From: Candidatus Zixiibacteriota bacterium
GTDB taxonomy: Bacteria > RBG-13-66-14 > B26-G2 > WVWN01
DNA: 64,000 nucleotides
NCBI GenBank assembly: GCA_050117845.1
Contig: JASFLY010000001.1
Coordinates: forward strand, 32,001-96,000
Direction of reading: 5' to 3'
Made by a program: the position numbers and the translations under genes. The notes under the pieces were generated by a model. It ran no database searches. It was given only the letters and a program-made list of their open reading frames with translations, and had not been told where the DNA came from. This document shows, in pieces, positions 40,018-50,629 of this stretch; within the stretch, counting starts at the first letter, position 1, and each line of letters opens with the position of its first letter.

Positions 40018-42525
40018 ATGGATTCGGAACTCGAAAATATACTCCCGCTGGTGGAAAAACCTGCCCGCTACCTGGGTGGCGAAACCGGCTCCTACGGCCC
40101 GCCGGCCCCCGGCGACCTGCGCTTCGTCCTATGTTTTCCGGATACTTACGAGATAGGGATGAGCCACCGGGGCCTGATGAACCTTTACGCCGCGCTCGCG
40201 GCGGCGCCGGGCGTCGCGCCCGGCCGCTGTTTCGCGCCCTGGCCCGATATGGCGGGGGAACTCCGCCGGCGGGGCCTCCCGCTCCGTGACCTCGACGGCG
40301 ACCTGCCCCTCGGCGAGGCCGACCTACTCGGCTTCTCCTTTGCTTCCCCCCTCAACTTCACGACGGCCTTGATGATGTTGGACCTGGCGGGCGTCCCCCT
40401 GCTCGCCCGGGACCGGCGTAAGGGCGATCCCATAGTCGTCGCCGGCGGCCAGGCGATGTTCAACGCCGAACCCATGGCCGACTTCCTCGACGTCGTCACT
40501 CCGGGCGAGGGCGAGGAAATCATCGTCGAACTGGCCGAGGCAACTCGGGCCGCCCAAGAGGCCGGCCTCTCGCGCGACGAGACGCTGGGCCGGCTCGGAG
40601 CGGTATCCGGGGCGTACGTCCCGGCCTGGTACGAGGTGACGTACGAAGGCGGGGAGTTCGCCGGCGTAAGTCCAAGGCCGGGCGCCCCGGAACGTGTACG
40701 CAAACGCGTAATAGCGGCTACGGAACTTATACCGAACGCGCCGGCGATGGTAGCGAACACGCCCCCGGTCCACGACCGTCTGGCCGTCGAAGTGATGCGC
40801 GGGTGTTTATGGGGATGCCGCTTCTGCCAGGCCGGCATGGTAACTAGGCCCACCCGGGAACGCGACGCCCGGGCCTGCCTCCTCGAGGCCGAATCCCTGC
40901 TGAGCGGCACCGGCGCCACCGAGCTCTCCTTCCTCGCCCTCAACGCCTGTGACTATTCCGCCCTGGACGGCCTCATAGAGAACGTCCGCGCCGCGCACCC
41001 CGGCGTCAGAGTGTCCCTGCCGGCGGCCCGCGTCACCTCCTACCGCGAGGAGATCCCCCAATCGCTCGCCGCCCGACAACGGGGCCAACAGACCTTCGCC
41101 CCCGAAACCGGCACCGACAGGTTACGAAGGGTGGTTAACAAGGGTTTTACGAATGGCGACGTCCTGGCCGCCGTCGGGGCGGCCGGCCGGGCCGGGTGCC
41201 GCAACGTCAAGTTATATTTCATGGTGGGCCTCCCGACCGAGACGGACGAGGATGCCGAGGCGATAGGCGAACTCATCGGCCAATGCCGCCGAGCCCTGCG
41301 CGAGGGCCTGGGCAAGTACGGTAATCTCTCGGCCGCCGTCTCGCCGTTCGTTCCCCAGGCCCATACGCCCTTCCAGTGGGAGGGGTTGGCGCCGCCGGAA
41401 ACCCTCCGGCGCCGGATAAGGCTGGCGCGGCAGGCGGCGCCCCGCCAGGTTAAGATAGCCGGCGAGGTCGGCACACGCGTTTTGGAAGCGTGCCTGGCCC
41501 GGGGCGACCGGCGGCTGGGCGCCGTCATCCTGGACGCGTACCGCCGGGGCGCCCACTTCGACGCGTGGCAGGACCTTTACGAGAGAGACGCGTGGGCGGG
41601 GGCGTTCGCCGCCGCCGGCCACGATATGACGGCCTACGCCGCCCGCGATTTGCGGGAGGACTTGCCGCTCCCCTGGGACCACGTCGACGCGGGCGTCAGC
41701 CACGACTTCCTCGCGGCCGAGAGGGAACGGGCACGGCACGGCGAAACGACGCCGCCCTGTGGCCGCGACCTCTGCGAACGATGCGGCGCGTGCTCGGGCG
41801 GGGTTCGCGTCGCGTTCTCGGCGTCCGAACTCCCGGCGGCCCCGGCCAAAGAAGGAGGGGCTCCGGCCGCGCCGAGAACCCGCATTCGCTTCACCTACGC
41901 CAAAACGGGCCGCTGGCGCTGGCTCTCCCACCTCGAACTTTACCGGTTGATGGCCGCGCAACTGCGGCGGGCGGCGGTGCCGCTGGCTTGGTCCGGCGGG
42001 TATTCCCCCAAACCGCGTTTGGCCCTCGCCCCGGCGCTGCCGGTCGGCGTAGCGGGCGAGGCCGAGTACGGCGACGTTTTCCTATCCGAAGCCACGGCTC
42101 CGGAGGACTTCGTAGCCGCGGCTGGCCGGGAAGGACCCTTCCCATTGGAGGCGGGGCGCGAAATCCCGTTGGGGGCGCCCGCGCTCGAGACGGTTCTATC
42201 GCGGGCGTGCTACTTAGTGGAATTCGGGCCGATGGCGCGGGCGCTGGGGCGGCGTATCGAGGAAGTGGCGGCCGAGGTTAGCCGCGTTCTGTCGGACGGA
42301 AAGTTCGTCGTCGAGACGCGCCGGGGAGCCCGGGATATCGGGCCGGAGCTGATAGTAAGGTCGTGGGACGCCGGCTCGGCGACGCTCGAGTTAGACCTCG
42401 ACGCGGCCGCGACCGGAGCGCTCTTCGACCTCGTAGCGCACTTAACGGCCGCCGATCGGCCCGGAGCCCGGACCGCCCGCGTCACACGGCCGCGAGTATA
42501 CCTGATCAGCGACGATCCCGATTAA
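40018..42525 (+). CDS. TIGR03960-type radical SAM protein fused to TIGR03936-like domain
   Basis: KPARY.GGE, FPD.YEIGMSH, RGCLWGCRFCQAG, FAPE.G, LPWD; C-terminal SHL...G.SPKPR.....ALPVG. Confidence 0.9.
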   Translation: MDSELENILPLVEKPARYLGGETGSYGPPAPGDLRFVLCFPDTYEIGMSHRGLMNLYAALAAAPGVAPGRCFAPWPDMAGELRRRGLPLRDLDGDLPLGEADLLGFSFASPLNFTTALMMLDLAGVPLLARDRRKGDPIVVAGGQAMFNAEPMADFLDVVTPGEGEEIIVELAEATRAAQEAGLSRDETLGRLGAVSGAYVPAWYEVTYEGGEFAGVSPRPGAPERVRKRVIAATELIPNAPAMVANTPPVHDRLAVEVMRGCLWGCRFCQAGMVTRPTRERDARACLLEAESLLSGTGATELSFLALNACDYSALDGLIENVRAAHPGVRVSLPAARVTSYREEIPQSLAARQRGQQTFAPETGTDRLRRVVNKGFTNGDVLAAVGAAGRAGCRNVKLYFMVGLPTETDEDAEAIGELIGQCRRALREGLGKYGNLSAAVSPFVPQAHTPFQWEGLAPPETLRRRIRLARQAAPRQVKIAGEVGTRVLEACLARGDRRLGAVILDAYRRGAHFDAWQDLYERDAWAGAFAAAGHDMTAYAARDLREDLPLPWDHVDAGVSHDFLAAERERARHGETTPPCGRDLCERCGACSGGVRVAFSASELPAAPAKEGGAPAAPRTRIRFTYAKTGRWRWLSHLELYRLMAAQLRRAAVPLAWSGGYSPKPRLALAPALPVGVAGEAEYGDVFLSEATAPEDFVAAAGREGPFPLEAGREIPLGAPALETVLSRACYLVEFGPMARALGRRIEEVAAEVSRVLSDGKFVVETRRGARDIGPELIVRSWDAGSATLELDLDAAATGALFDLVAHLTAADRPGARTARVTRPRVYLISDDPD

Positions 42526-42623
42526 CCCGATACGGCAGCTTTTCCTTTGCGTCTTGGAGAAAGTATTTGCTATAATAAGTTGGTGGAGTTTAAATGGCCC
42601 CTGGCCCTGCGAAACGCTATTCT

Positions 42624-44153
42624 ATGCAAAAAGAAATCATAGTCGATACTTCCCTGGGGGAAGTCCGTGTCGCATTGGTCGAGAACGGTAAACTCGTCGA
42701 GCTCTATTACGAGCACGAGGACGCGGACCATTACGCCGGCGATATATTTAAGGGTCGGGTTGAAGACGTGCTGCCGGGCCTCGGGTCCGCGTTCGTCGAC
42801 ATCGGCCACGAGAAACGGGGCCTCCTCCACGCTTCGGACGTGGTAGTAACCGGCATCGAGGATATCGACGAGTTATTTCTCGCCCAAAGCGGTTCCGGCG
42901 GAAGCCCCTCCCCCGGGGAAGGCCGGAACCATATTGGCGACGTACTACGGCCCGGCCAGTCGATAATAGTCCAGGTAACCAAGGAATCCATTGGGGAAAA
43001 GGGGCCGAAGTTGACCACGGCCGTCGCCCTCCCCGGCCGCTACCTGGTGCTAACCCCCTTTTCCGACCGGGTCAACATATCGTCGCGCATCGAAAACGAA
43101 GCGGAACGTACCCGCCTCCGTCAACTGGTGGAGGAGACGAGGCCGCAGGGCCACGGCTTCATCGTCCGGACCGCGGCTACCCACATCGAGCCCGACTTCA
43201 TTTTTAGGGACATGGAAGACCTCCTGGATACCTGGCGACGGGTCACGACGAAGGCCGAACGCAAACGGGCCCCCACGCTGTTATACAAGGATAAGGACCT
43301 GCTGGAGCGCATCCTCCGCGACCAATTCACCGGGGACGTGGACACTTTTATCGTCGATTCGCTCGCGACGTACGAACGCGTCACCGAACTGGCCGGGAAT
43401 TACGCGCCCCTCCTCGTTTCCCGGGTTCGGCTTTACGAGGACGAACACCACATATTCGACGCGTACGGCGTCGAGGCGGAAATCGACCGGATGTTCCGGC
43501 GGAAGATATGGCTGCGGAGCGGGGGCTATATCGTTATAGACGAGGCCGAGGCGTTGGTGGCGATCGACGTGAATACCGGCCGCTTCCTGGGCCGCGAGGA
43601 CCAGGAGGATACTATCCTCAAAACCAACCTTGAGGCCGCGGCCGAGATAGCGCGCCAGGTGAGGCTCCGCAACGTCGGCGGCATCATCATCATCGACTTC
43701 ATAGACATGACGATCCCGAGGAACAAGGAGCTGGTTCTCGAGAAACTCCGGGAACACATGTCACGCGACCGGGCCCGCAGCAAAATACTGGAGCTCTCGG
43801 AACTCGGCATGGTGGAGATGACGCGGCAACGCCAGCGCGGCAGCCTGACGTCTGCGTTGAGCCGGATGTGCCCCTATTGCCGGGGGCGGGGAACGGTCCT
43901 CGAGCTCGACGTCCTGGGGGCCAAAATTAAACGAGAACTCGCACTCAAACTGCAGGAAGCCCCGGGCGGCGAACTGACGATCGTGGTCCACCCCCGCGTG
44001 AAGAATTACCTGGATACGGCTTACGCCGAACAACTCAACCGAATCGAACTCGAATACGACGCTACCGTCCACGTCGTCACCCGGGAAGACATGCCGCTGG
44101 ACGACGTCGATTTTATCGAACCCACGCACCGGGCCGATAAACCCGTTGATTAA
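42624..44153 (+). CDS. rng: RNase G/E family endoribonuclease (no C-terminal scaffold)
   Basis: S1 region AFVDIG, VQVTKE...KGP.LT, IDVNTG, LRNVGGIIIIDFIDM, CPYC.G.G. Confidence 0.93.
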   Translation: MQKEIIVDTSLGEVRVALVENGKLVELYYEHEDADHYAGDIFKGRVEDVLPGLGSAFVDIGHEKRGLLHASDVVVTGIEDIDELFLAQSGSGGSPSPGEGRNHIGDVLRPGQSIIVQVTKESIGEKGPKLTTAVALPGRYLVLTPFSDRVNISSRIENEAERTRLRQLVEETRPQGHGFIVRTAATHIEPDFIFRDMEDLLDTWRRVTTKAERKRAPTLLYKDKDLLERILRDQFTGDVDTFIVDSLATYERVTELAGNYAPLLVSRVRLYEDEHHIFDAYGVEAEIDRMFRRKIWLRSGGYIVIDEAEALVAIDVNTGRFLGREDQEDTILKTNLEAAAEIARQVRLRNVGGIIIIDFIDMTIPRNKELVLEKLREHMSRDRARSKILELSELGMVEMTRQRQRGSLTSALSRMCPYCRGRGTVLELDVLGAKIKRELALKLQEAPGGELTIVVHPRVKNYLDTAYAEQLNRIELEYDATVHVVTREDMPLDDVDFIEPTHRADKPVD

Positions 44154-44202
44154 TTTGTTTACGAACCATGTTATCGCGGTGAAATACAAGGAGGAATAAA
44201 CG

Positions 44203-44619
44203 TTGTCTACCGAAAATGCCGACGGGAAATCCCACGACACGAGCGTGGACCTCGACGTCCTTCGCGAACTCCGGAATATCGACCAGAGTCTCGTATCGCT
44301 TAAAGCGGCATTCGAGAAATTAAAATCTACGGGCGACTTGACCGACGAAGAGGTCGACGTAATTCTGGACGAATTCGAAAACTTTATTACGGGCAAAGGC
44401 ACCCAGCTCGATAAAGTACGCAACGACTTGCGTTCCCTGTACGAACGGTATTACGAAAAATACGCGGACCGGGCCATCGTTCCGGTCGTGGGAGGCGTGT
44501 GTCAGGGTTGCTTCGTTACTATCCCGCCCATGCGGCTCGATATAATCCGCCGCATGGATAGCATTGAATTCTGCGAGAATTGCGGCCGCATCCTTATCTG
44601 GGAAGATGACGAAGAGTAA
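44203..44619 (+). CDS. C4-type zinc ribbon protein (DUF164-like), short
   Basis: YER......AIVPV..GVCQGC...IPP......CENCGRIL; TTG start after AGGAGG. Confidence 0.85.
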   Translation: MSTENADGKSHDTSVDLDVLRELRNIDQSLVSLKAAFEKLKSTGDLTDEEVDVILDEFENFITGKGTQLDKVRNDLRSLYERYYEKYADRAIVPVVGGVCQGCFVTIPPMRLDIIRRMDSIEFCENCGRILIWEDDEE

Positions 44620-44637
44620 CGCCGCCCGCCGGCCGTT

Positions 44638-45630
44638 ATGACTTTCTCCCTCCAGGTTTACCACGACGAAGACATCTCCCCCGACCCCCTCGTCGGAGCC
44701 GCGGTGGCGATCCTGGGTTACGGCAGCCAAGGCCGGGCCCAGGCGCTGAACCTCCGCGACGAGGGTCTGGCCGTGACCGTGGGCTTGCGGCCCACGAGCA
44801 GTCGGCGCCCGCGCGCCGAGGAGGACGGTTTCGAGCCCGTCGAAGCGGGACGCGCCGTCGCCGGGGCCACGGTGGTGGTGGTACTCGTTCCGGACGAAGT
44901 ACAAGGGGAATTCTTCGCTGCCGAGGTCGCACCCGCGCTGCGGCCGGAGAGCCTCGTCGTCTTCGCCCACGGCAGTTCGGTTCACTTCGGCGACGTTACG
45001 CTCCCCGATGGGTCGGACGTCGCGCTGGTAGCGCCGATGGGGCCGGGGCGCCTGCTGCGCGAATACTACGTCGCAGGCCGAGGCCTCAACGCGAAAATCG
45101 CCGTCGCCCGCGACGCCACCGGGGAAGCCTGGCTTCGGGCGCTGGCGTACGCCCGGGCGCTCGGTTGCGGCCGGGCCGGCGTCATCGCGACTACTTTCGG
45201 CGACGAGGCCCGGCTGGATCTTTTTTCCGAACAAGCCGTGCTGTGCGGGGGCGTCCCGGCGCTGGCCGAGGCCGCCTTCCACGTGCTGACCGAGGCCGGG
45301 TATCCGCCGGCGCTGGCGTACATCGAGTGCGTTCGGGAAATTAAATACATCGCCGACCTCATGTTCGAGTACGGCGTGGACGGGATGCGGCGGCGCATCT
45401 CCTCCGCGGCTCTCTACGGCGGCGCGACACGGGGACCCCGCGTTATCGGAGATGAAACCCGCCGGGCCATAAAGGACGTGCTGGCCGCCATCGAGGACGG
45501 CTCTTTCGTCCGGGAGATGAAAAAGGACTTCGGCGGCCGGGAGGAATTCCTGGAGCGTATCCGCGACGCCGACGTCGAGACGGCCCGGGAGGAATTCGAA
45601 AGAAACATCCGACGAGAAAAAGGCGAATAG
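44638..45630 (+). CDS. ilvC: ketol-acid reductoisomerase class I (divergent)
   Basis: GYGSQG.AQALNLRD, PDE, FAHG, DLFSEQAVLCGG, AYIEC..E.K.I.DL. Confidence 0.85.
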   Translation: MTFSLQVYHDEDISPDPLVGAAVAILGYGSQGRAQALNLRDEGLAVTVGLRPTSSRRPRAEEDGFEPVEAGRAVAGATVVVVLVPDEVQGEFFAAEVAPALRPESLVVFAHGSSVHFGDVTLPDGSDVALVAPMGPGRLLREYYVAGRGLNAKIAVARDATGEAWLRALAYARALGCGRAGVIATTFGDEARLDLFSEQAVLCGGVPALAEAAFHVLTEAGYPPALAYIECVREIKYIADLMFEYGVDGMRRRISSAALYGGATRGPRVIGDETRRAIKDVLAAIEDGSFVREMKKDFGGREEFLERIRDADVETAREEFERNIRREKGE

Positions 45631-45659
45631 AAAAGCGGCCCCGAAGGGCCGCTTTTTTT
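45631..45659. terminator. bidirectional terminator
   Basis: AAAAGCGGCCC-cgaa-GGGCCGCTTTTTTT. Confidence 0.9.
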
Positions 45660-45675
45660 ATGCTTCTCGTTAACG

Positions 45676-47730
45676 CTACCTACCTACTACCATCCGGCGC
45701 GCGGCGCTCCCGCAAGAAGCGTTGAGCCAGTACAGGTAAACGCCCGGCGGCACGCGCGCCCCGACTTCGTTGACGAGGTCCCAACTGGCCTCGTGGCGGC
45801 CCGCCACCGCGGCGCCCGCGGCAACGGTCCGTATCTTCCGCCCGGACAAGTCGAAGACGGAAACGGTGTAGTCGCCGGTAACGCCCAGCGGCAGCGTGAA
45901 GGCGATATTCGCTTCGCTGTCGGCCGGGTTGGGATAACTCGGCTCGAGCGCGAAACCGTACGCCCGCTTCAACCCCGGCTGTGCGGAGGCCGGCCCGAAA
46001 AGCTCGGCCTTGCCGTCGAGCGGGATAGCTTCGAGCCAGTAGTCGTAAACGGCGGCGCTTTCCACGTTCGCGTCCTCGTACACGAAAGGCGTCCCGCCGG
46101 TAATAAGTTCGGAATTTACCCGTATGCGACCCACGTCGGTCGCGCCGCTTTCGGCCTCACGGTAGAGGTTGAAGCCGGCGTACGTGCCCGCCTCGCAACT
46201 CCAGGACAGGCGGACGCAACGGTCGAGACCCGCGGCGCGGAAGTACTCGAGGTCTATGCCGATAGAATTTTGAAGATGGGTGAGCGCGCTGCGTACGTCG
46301 ATGCGGCCGGCTCCGAAGTCGTCCTGCTTATTCTTCGTCTGGCCGGGTACCCGCTCCGCCGTCAACTCGAGCGCTTTCTCGATCTGCGCCGGGGGAAGGG
46401 TGTCCTTGTAGTCGAGCAGAAGGGCCGCGGCCCCCGCGGCGTGCGGCGTAGACATCGACGTCCCGCTCTTGGTGCAGTAGCCGTTGATGTTCCCGACGTC
46501 GCAAGATTTAACACCCGAACCGGGAGCCATGAAGTCCGGTTTAATAAGGCCCATCTCGGGCTGGTAATGATAATCGTCGTACGGCGGGATATTGAAATGA
46601 CGATCCTTATCCCAGGTGGCCGGCCCGCGGCCGCTGTAGTACGCCCGGTAATCGTTGGAGTCGGTCGCGCCGATGCCCATCGTCCCGGCGACGCCGCCCT
46701 TTAACGCCTGGGCGGGATTCAACCACGGGGGAGGGCAGTTGCCGGGGGCGGCGATATTAAAAGGTATGGGGTAACCCGATTCGGTCTCGTGGCCGTTGTT
46801 CCCGATGGAATTGGTGTGGACGACGCCGGCGGCGAGGATGCCCTCGCTGGCTTCCCGGTGCAGGGCGTATGCCGGGTTGTTCGGGATTTTCCGGGACCAG
46901 GATTGGGTAATGACGTCCGCGCCATTCGTAATCGCCCACTGCCACGCTTCAAACCAACAGGATTCCCAACTGCCGAGTTTGGCTATCATGATAGTGGCTT
47001 CGGGCGCGACGCCGCATTGGGAACCGGCGGTACCGTCGCTCGCTACGGTGCCGGCGACGTGGGTCCCGTGGCCGTCGTAATCCATAGTATCGTTGGGGTC
47101 GCCGCCGGAGAAATTGCGGCCGTGGTTGGGGTAAGAACCGTTGACCCACATATGATCGGCGAGGTCGACGTGGTTGTAGTTAACGCCACTGTCGCACACG
47201 CATACGATTATACCGTCGCCGTCGAAACCCGCGTTCCAAACCTGGGGCGCCCGGATCTTCTCAACGCCCCATACGATCTCGTCCTGGGGGCCGTCGACGA
47301 CATCCTTAAGCTGTTCGAGGGGAACGTCCTCGTCCCAATCGACGAAAGCCACTCCGGGCAACGCCGAAACGTGTTCAATCGTTTCCCGGTCGCCGTACGC
47401 CGATACGACGTTAACGAGCCAAAGCGACTTGACTTCAGACGCGCAACCCAGCGCGGCGCGTTCGTTTAAATAATCGAGAACGTCGCGTTGGGTACGCTCG
47501 GCGACGCGCGAGAGCTCCCGCTCAACGACGATACGACGCTGGTCGCGGGTCAGGCCGTCGGTGAGGGCGTAAAGCTCATCGGCCGGCATCCGATCCTCCA
47601 TGCTAATGAGGATCCGTACTTGCTCGTCGGCGGGGATTTCTTCGAGGTGGGCCGAAAGCTCCGGCGTAACCCGAGGCGCCGCGTACGCGACGGCGGCGAC
47701 AAACAAAACCAGTAGCAACAAACGTTTCAT
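45676..47730 (-). CDS. secreted subtilisin-like S8 protease with FlgD-Ig/T9SS-like C-terminus
   Basis: Signal peptide and propeptide; DSG, HGTHVAG, GN, SGTSM; YPNP...VFDLSG...WD...GVY. Confidence 0.93.
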   Translation of the reverse strand: MKRLLLLVLFVAAVAYAAPRVTPELSAHLEEIPADEQVRILISMEDRMPADELYALTDGLTRDQRRIVVERELSRVAERTQRDVLDYLNERAALGCASEVKSLWLVNVVSAYGDRETIEHVSALPGVAFVDWDEDVPLEQLKDVVDGPQDEIVWGVEKIRAPQVWNAGFDGDGIIVCVCDSGVNYNHVDLADHMWVNGSYPNHGRNFSGGDPNDTMDYDGHGTHVAGTVASDGTAGSQCGVAPEATIMIAKLGSWESCWFEAWQWAITNGADVITQSWSRKIPNNPAYALHREASEGILAAGVVHTNSIGNNGHETESGYPIPFNIAAPGNCPPPWLNPAQALKGGVAGTMGIGATDSNDYRAYYSGRGPATWDKDRHFNIPPYDDYHYQPEMGLIKPDFMAPGSGVKSCDVGNINGYCTKSGTSMSTPHAAGAAALLLDYKDTLPPAQIEKALELTAERVPGQTKNKQDDFGAGRIDVRSALTHLQNSIGIDLEYFRAAGLDRCVRLSWSCEAGTYAGFNLYREAESGATDVGRIRVNSELITGGTPFVYEDANVESAAVYDYWLEAIPLDGKAELFGPASAQPGLKRAYGFALEPSYPNPADSEANIAFTLPLGVTGDYTVSVFDLSGRKIRTVAAGAAVAGRHEASWDLVNEVGARVPPGVYLYWLNASCGSAARRMVVGR

Positions 47731-47904
47731 ATCCGTACTCCTCTACAACGGCCCGCCGGGGTCGCGACGAGCGGGGAAAAATGGCGCGAAAATGTTTAAC
47801 GTAATTATAACCCGATATTGGTTATCAAGTCAAGCGTCCAACTTTGAACGAGACCGGCCGAACGGCGGCGGGCGAACGGCCCCGTACGGATTTTACTATC
47901 TCCC

Positions 47905-47933
47905 TTGACAGTCGCCTTGATATACCCTATTAT
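47905..47933 (+). promoter_or_regulatory. sigma70-like promoter for moxR operon
   Basis: TTGACA-17 nt-TATTAT. Confidence 0.65.
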
Positions 47934-47968
47934 ACGTATCTTATTTCCGTTAACCGGGATTTATTGTT

Positions 47969-48952
<984 letters not shown>

Positions 48953-48958
48953 GTTATT

Positions 48959-49948
48959 ATGGCAAAACGGAGACATATAAATTTCGTCGTCGCGCCGGAA
49001 GACCGATCCGGGACCTTGACGTTTCGTATGCAACTCGGCCACTTCTACGCCCTCGTTATTTTCGCGTCGGTCCTGTTTATGCTCGTCGTCGGCCTCGTCG
49101 TCAACCAGGCCATGGACGAAGCCAAACTCGGCGAACTCGAATTACTCCGGCGGCAGAACGGCCAACTTAAGGAAAAAGTTGAGCGCATCGCGGCACTCGA
49201 AAAGAAACTCGCCGAACTCGAGGTTATCGAGGATAAATTAATGGTCATGGCGGGCGAACGAGAAGCGACGCGCGAACTCGCTCCCGTTTCGGTGGAAGGC
49301 GACGACGCGGCCGTAACGCTGATATCGGTAGCCGAAGGCATCCAGGAGTTCCGCGCATTGGCCGCGGAGCGCCGTGGTATAACGCTCAAAGCGCCTGACG
49401 GAAACCCGGTCACTAAAGGTTGGACCACCCGGGGATTCGGCGACAACGCCGGCCTGGAGGGCCACTCCTTCCACAACGGTTTCGACATCGCCTGCCCGGA
49501 GGGAACGCCGGTCTCGGTAACGGCCCCCGGCGTCGTAACGTTCGCCGGAGACGACCCCACGTACGGCAAACTCGTTATCGTCCAACACGGCCTGACCGGC
49601 TATAGCACCTTCTACGGCCATAACAGTAAAATAAAAATAAAAGTAGGTACGGAAGTAGCGCGGGGCGACGTTATCGCCTATACCGGCAATACCGGCAAGA
49701 GCACCGCTCCCCACCTCCATTATGAAGTTCGCCTACACGGCATCCCGGTTAATCCGGCGAAATACATGACGCCGGCGGAGAAGGGCGTGGAGGAGGAGTT
49801 GCCGCCGGTCCCGGTAGAAGAAGAGAAACCAGAGCCGCAAACGGAAGAAGAAGGCTCGAGCGACGAACGTGAGGGCGGCATACCTACGAGCGGGGAAAAA
49901 CCGGAGGCCGAAACTCCTCCGGCTACGACGCCGCCCGAATCGGAATAA
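48959..49948 (+). CDS. membrane-anchored M23 peptidase
   Basis: TM plus coiled coil; HNGFD and HLH zinc motifs intact; Pro/Glu tail. Confidence 0.92.
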   Translation: MAKRRHINFVVAPEDRSGTLTFRMQLGHFYALVIFASVLFMLVVGLVVNQAMDEAKLGELELLRRQNGQLKEKVERIAALEKKLAELEVIEDKLMVMAGEREATRELAPVSVEGDDAAVTLISVAEGIQEFRALAAERRGITLKAPDGNPVTKGWTTRGFGDNAGLEGHSFHNGFDIACPEGTPVSVTAPGVVTFAGDDPTYGKLVIVQHGLTGYSTFYGHNSKIKIKVGTEVARGDVIAYTGNTGKSTAPHLHYEVRLHGIPVNPAKYMTPAEKGVEEELPPVPVEEEKPEPQTEEEGSSDEREGGIPTSGEKPEAETPPATTPPESE

Positions 49949-50013
49949 GGACGCCACAGGCCCAATTAAATAATTCGGCCAATTAGTTCTTTTGGGAAAG
50001 GAGCCGAAAACGT

Positions 50014-50520
50014 ATGTTCGGAAAAGACGCAGGTTCCGGAGACAGCAAACTCAACTCCATCGTCGGCAGAGGCTCGCAATGCGAAGGCGAGATCGTCGTG
50101 GCCGGGGGCCTTAAAATCGACGGAAAGTTTAAAGGCAAAATAAAAGCGGATTCGGTTTTCGTGGGGAAAGAAGCCGTAATCGAAGCGACGGTCGAGACTA
50201 ACGTCGCCGTCATCGGGGGCAAAATATTCGGAGACGTAGTGGCCCGTGAGAGCCTCGAGCTCCAACCCAAGGCTGAACTTATCGGGAACGTCCACACGAA
50301 AAACCTTATCGTGGGCGAATCGGCCGTACTCGACGGTTACTGCGACATGGGCCAGAAAAACCGGCACCCCAAAGGGGCGCCCGACGCCGCCAAGGGAGCG
50401 GAAGCGGGTAAAGCGACCGGCGGCGGGCACGGTACGGACGGACGTCCCGCGCCGGGCGGGGACTCCAAAGCGGGCGGCGGCCAACCTTCGCGGCCCGACC
50501 AATCCCGGCCCAATCGATAG
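50014..50520 (+). CDS. bactofilin (polymer-forming cytoskeletal protein)
   Basis: MFGK N-terminus; beta-helix G.LKIDG.F.G...VG..A...G; disordered tail. Confidence 0.92.
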   Translation: MFGKDAGSGDSKLNSIVGRGSQCEGEIVVAGGLKIDGKFKGKIKADSVFVGKEAVIEATVETNVAVIGGKIFGDVVARESLELQPKAELIGNVHTKNLIVGESAVLDGYCDMGQKNRHPKGAPDAAKGAEAGKATGGGHGTDGRPAPGGDSKAGGGQPSRPDQSRPNR

Positions 50521-50555
50521 CGCGACGCGGCCTCGGGATCCGACTATATAAAACG

Positions 50556-50583
50556 AAAGCCGGCCCCCACTCGGGGGGCCGGC
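50556..50583 (-). terminator. probable terminator between convergent genes
   Basis: AAAGCCGGCCCCC-actcg-GGGGGCCGGC. Confidence 0.65.
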
Positions 50584-50629
50584 ATATTATTTCCGGGGGA
50601 CTAATTAAATATAGCCCCGTATTCCGCCG

